Shown here: positions 63,301-64,000 of the stretch, in pieces
Numbering within the stretch: the stretch's first letter is position 1
Layout of the letters: every line of letters begins with the position of its first letter
Source: Laetmonice hystrix
Taxonomy: Eukaryota
Assembly (NCBI GenBank): GCA_965235115.1
Contig: OZ249445.1
Coordinates: 5,704,001-5,768,000 of the forward strand
DNA: 64,000 bases
Direction: 5' to 3'
Position numbers and translations under genes: made by a program
The notes under the pieces: generated by a model
The model's database searches: none
The model's input: only the letters and a program-made list of their open reading frames with translations
What the model was told of the DNA's origin: nothing

Positions 63301-64000
63301 AGATATTTGTATACATCCACCATTGTAGGGGAACTAAACTCTTACACACTGGCATGAAAGTTTTAAGTTGTTTAACATCTTTGTGAAACAAAACACTTTT
63401 TTTTATCTGTTAAAAAACATGTAATGTACAATTACCTTTTCAAAGTTTTTCATGGTCACTTCATATTCTACAGTTGCATTTGGGGGAATATTCTTTTCAG
63501 GACATCCAGCTTCTCCATAAGCATGTTTGGCATCTACTGTCAATTTTGATTTTTCTCCTTTTTTAAATTTCCTCAGAGCATGCTCCAGGCCTTCCGAGAT
63601 GCCTTGTTCTGTACCTTCCCCAAGGCAGAAGCTCACATCACGTTCTTCAAATACACTTCCATTGTAACAGCCCACGAGATGAACTTTAGGGTAGAAACAT
63701 ACAAACATTATTTTCACATGTCTGACAAATCACTCACTTTGTTGCTTTTAACATTAATTAAGACACAAAATGTTCTTGCAACCAATGAATATGTGTCTTT
63801 AATATATTATTATATAAGTACTGTTCTCTCCAGAATGAATATTCTGCTTATCTCTTCCCTTAGTAGCATGTATATCCTATTATTAGAATGACTTAGACAT
63901 GGTTTATTGCTGGGAAGGTTGGAAATCTTACTTTCCACAGAGGCTCCATCGTTCGGAGTGGTGTAAGTATCAGGTGAGAACAACTTCGATCGCTGAATAC
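60360..64000 (-). CDS. FKBP4: FKBP4/FKBP5 (FKBP52/51) co-ortholog, FK2 domain + TPRs; 5' part lies beyond the window
   Basis: Exons (minus) >64000-63932, 63683-63436, 63268-63185, 62821-62585, 62321-62133, then terminal exon 60785-60600 or 60473-60360. Motifs FEERDVSFCLGEG, IPPNATVEYEV, KESWEM, YLNLAMCKLKL, KGLFRRGQA, PNNKAAKNQ, EKRTYAGMFQKFA. Confidence 0.95.
60600..60785 (-). CDS. FKBP4: Proximal alternative terminal exon of FKBP4 (61 aa + stop)
   Basis: Acceptor tattttgtag|TGG, phase 0; WQEQESLRNPSVDGLNEIGEWHNDMAKGMMSIEQEMEAFGEKMPEPKYDKNIDYSRQSDDE*. Confidence 0.7.
   Translation of the reverse strand, partial: WQEQESLRNPSVDGLNEIGEWHNDMAKGMMSIEQEMEAFGEKMPEPKYDKNIDYSRQSDDE
62981..63110. 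repeat. 27-bp tandem repeat x5 in an FKBP4 intron
   Basis: gccataaacactgcctgtgtgttaat(g/t). Confidence 0.9.

Overview
Intron-rich, repeat-rich animal genomic DNA (invertebrate-like bilaterian; species not identifiable from sequence alone). No prokaryotic, phage, CRISPR or rRNA features. Six spliced genes were rebuilt by hand from GT-AG boundaries, with reading-frame phase checked at every junction: SCYL2 (+, 5'-partial), a strongly diverged SLC1/EAAT-family transporter (+), GTF2H1/TFIIH p62 (-), a ~19-ankyrin-repeat SOCS-box protein (-), an ABCC4/MRP4-like ABC transporter (+, 30 exons) and FKBP4/5 (-, 5'-partial). Most entries in the supplied ORF track are antisense shadows or repeat artefacts. 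Highlights: (1) the intact SLC1 protein keeps the amino-acid-binding residues but has lost Na1/Na3-site residues, the NMDG motif and the proton-coupling glutamate; (2) several tandem repeats are amplified splice signals, including 19 tandem copies of an ABCC acceptor where only the last gives a stop-free product; (3) a candidate antisense type-I membrane (pseudo)gene is nested in a SCYL2 intron; (4) FKBP4 has two alternative terminal exons; (5) an 833-bp tandem array lies between the divergent ankyrin and ABCC genes. Many non-autonomous transposon-like elements are also present. Homology calls rest on recalled family sequences, not database searches.
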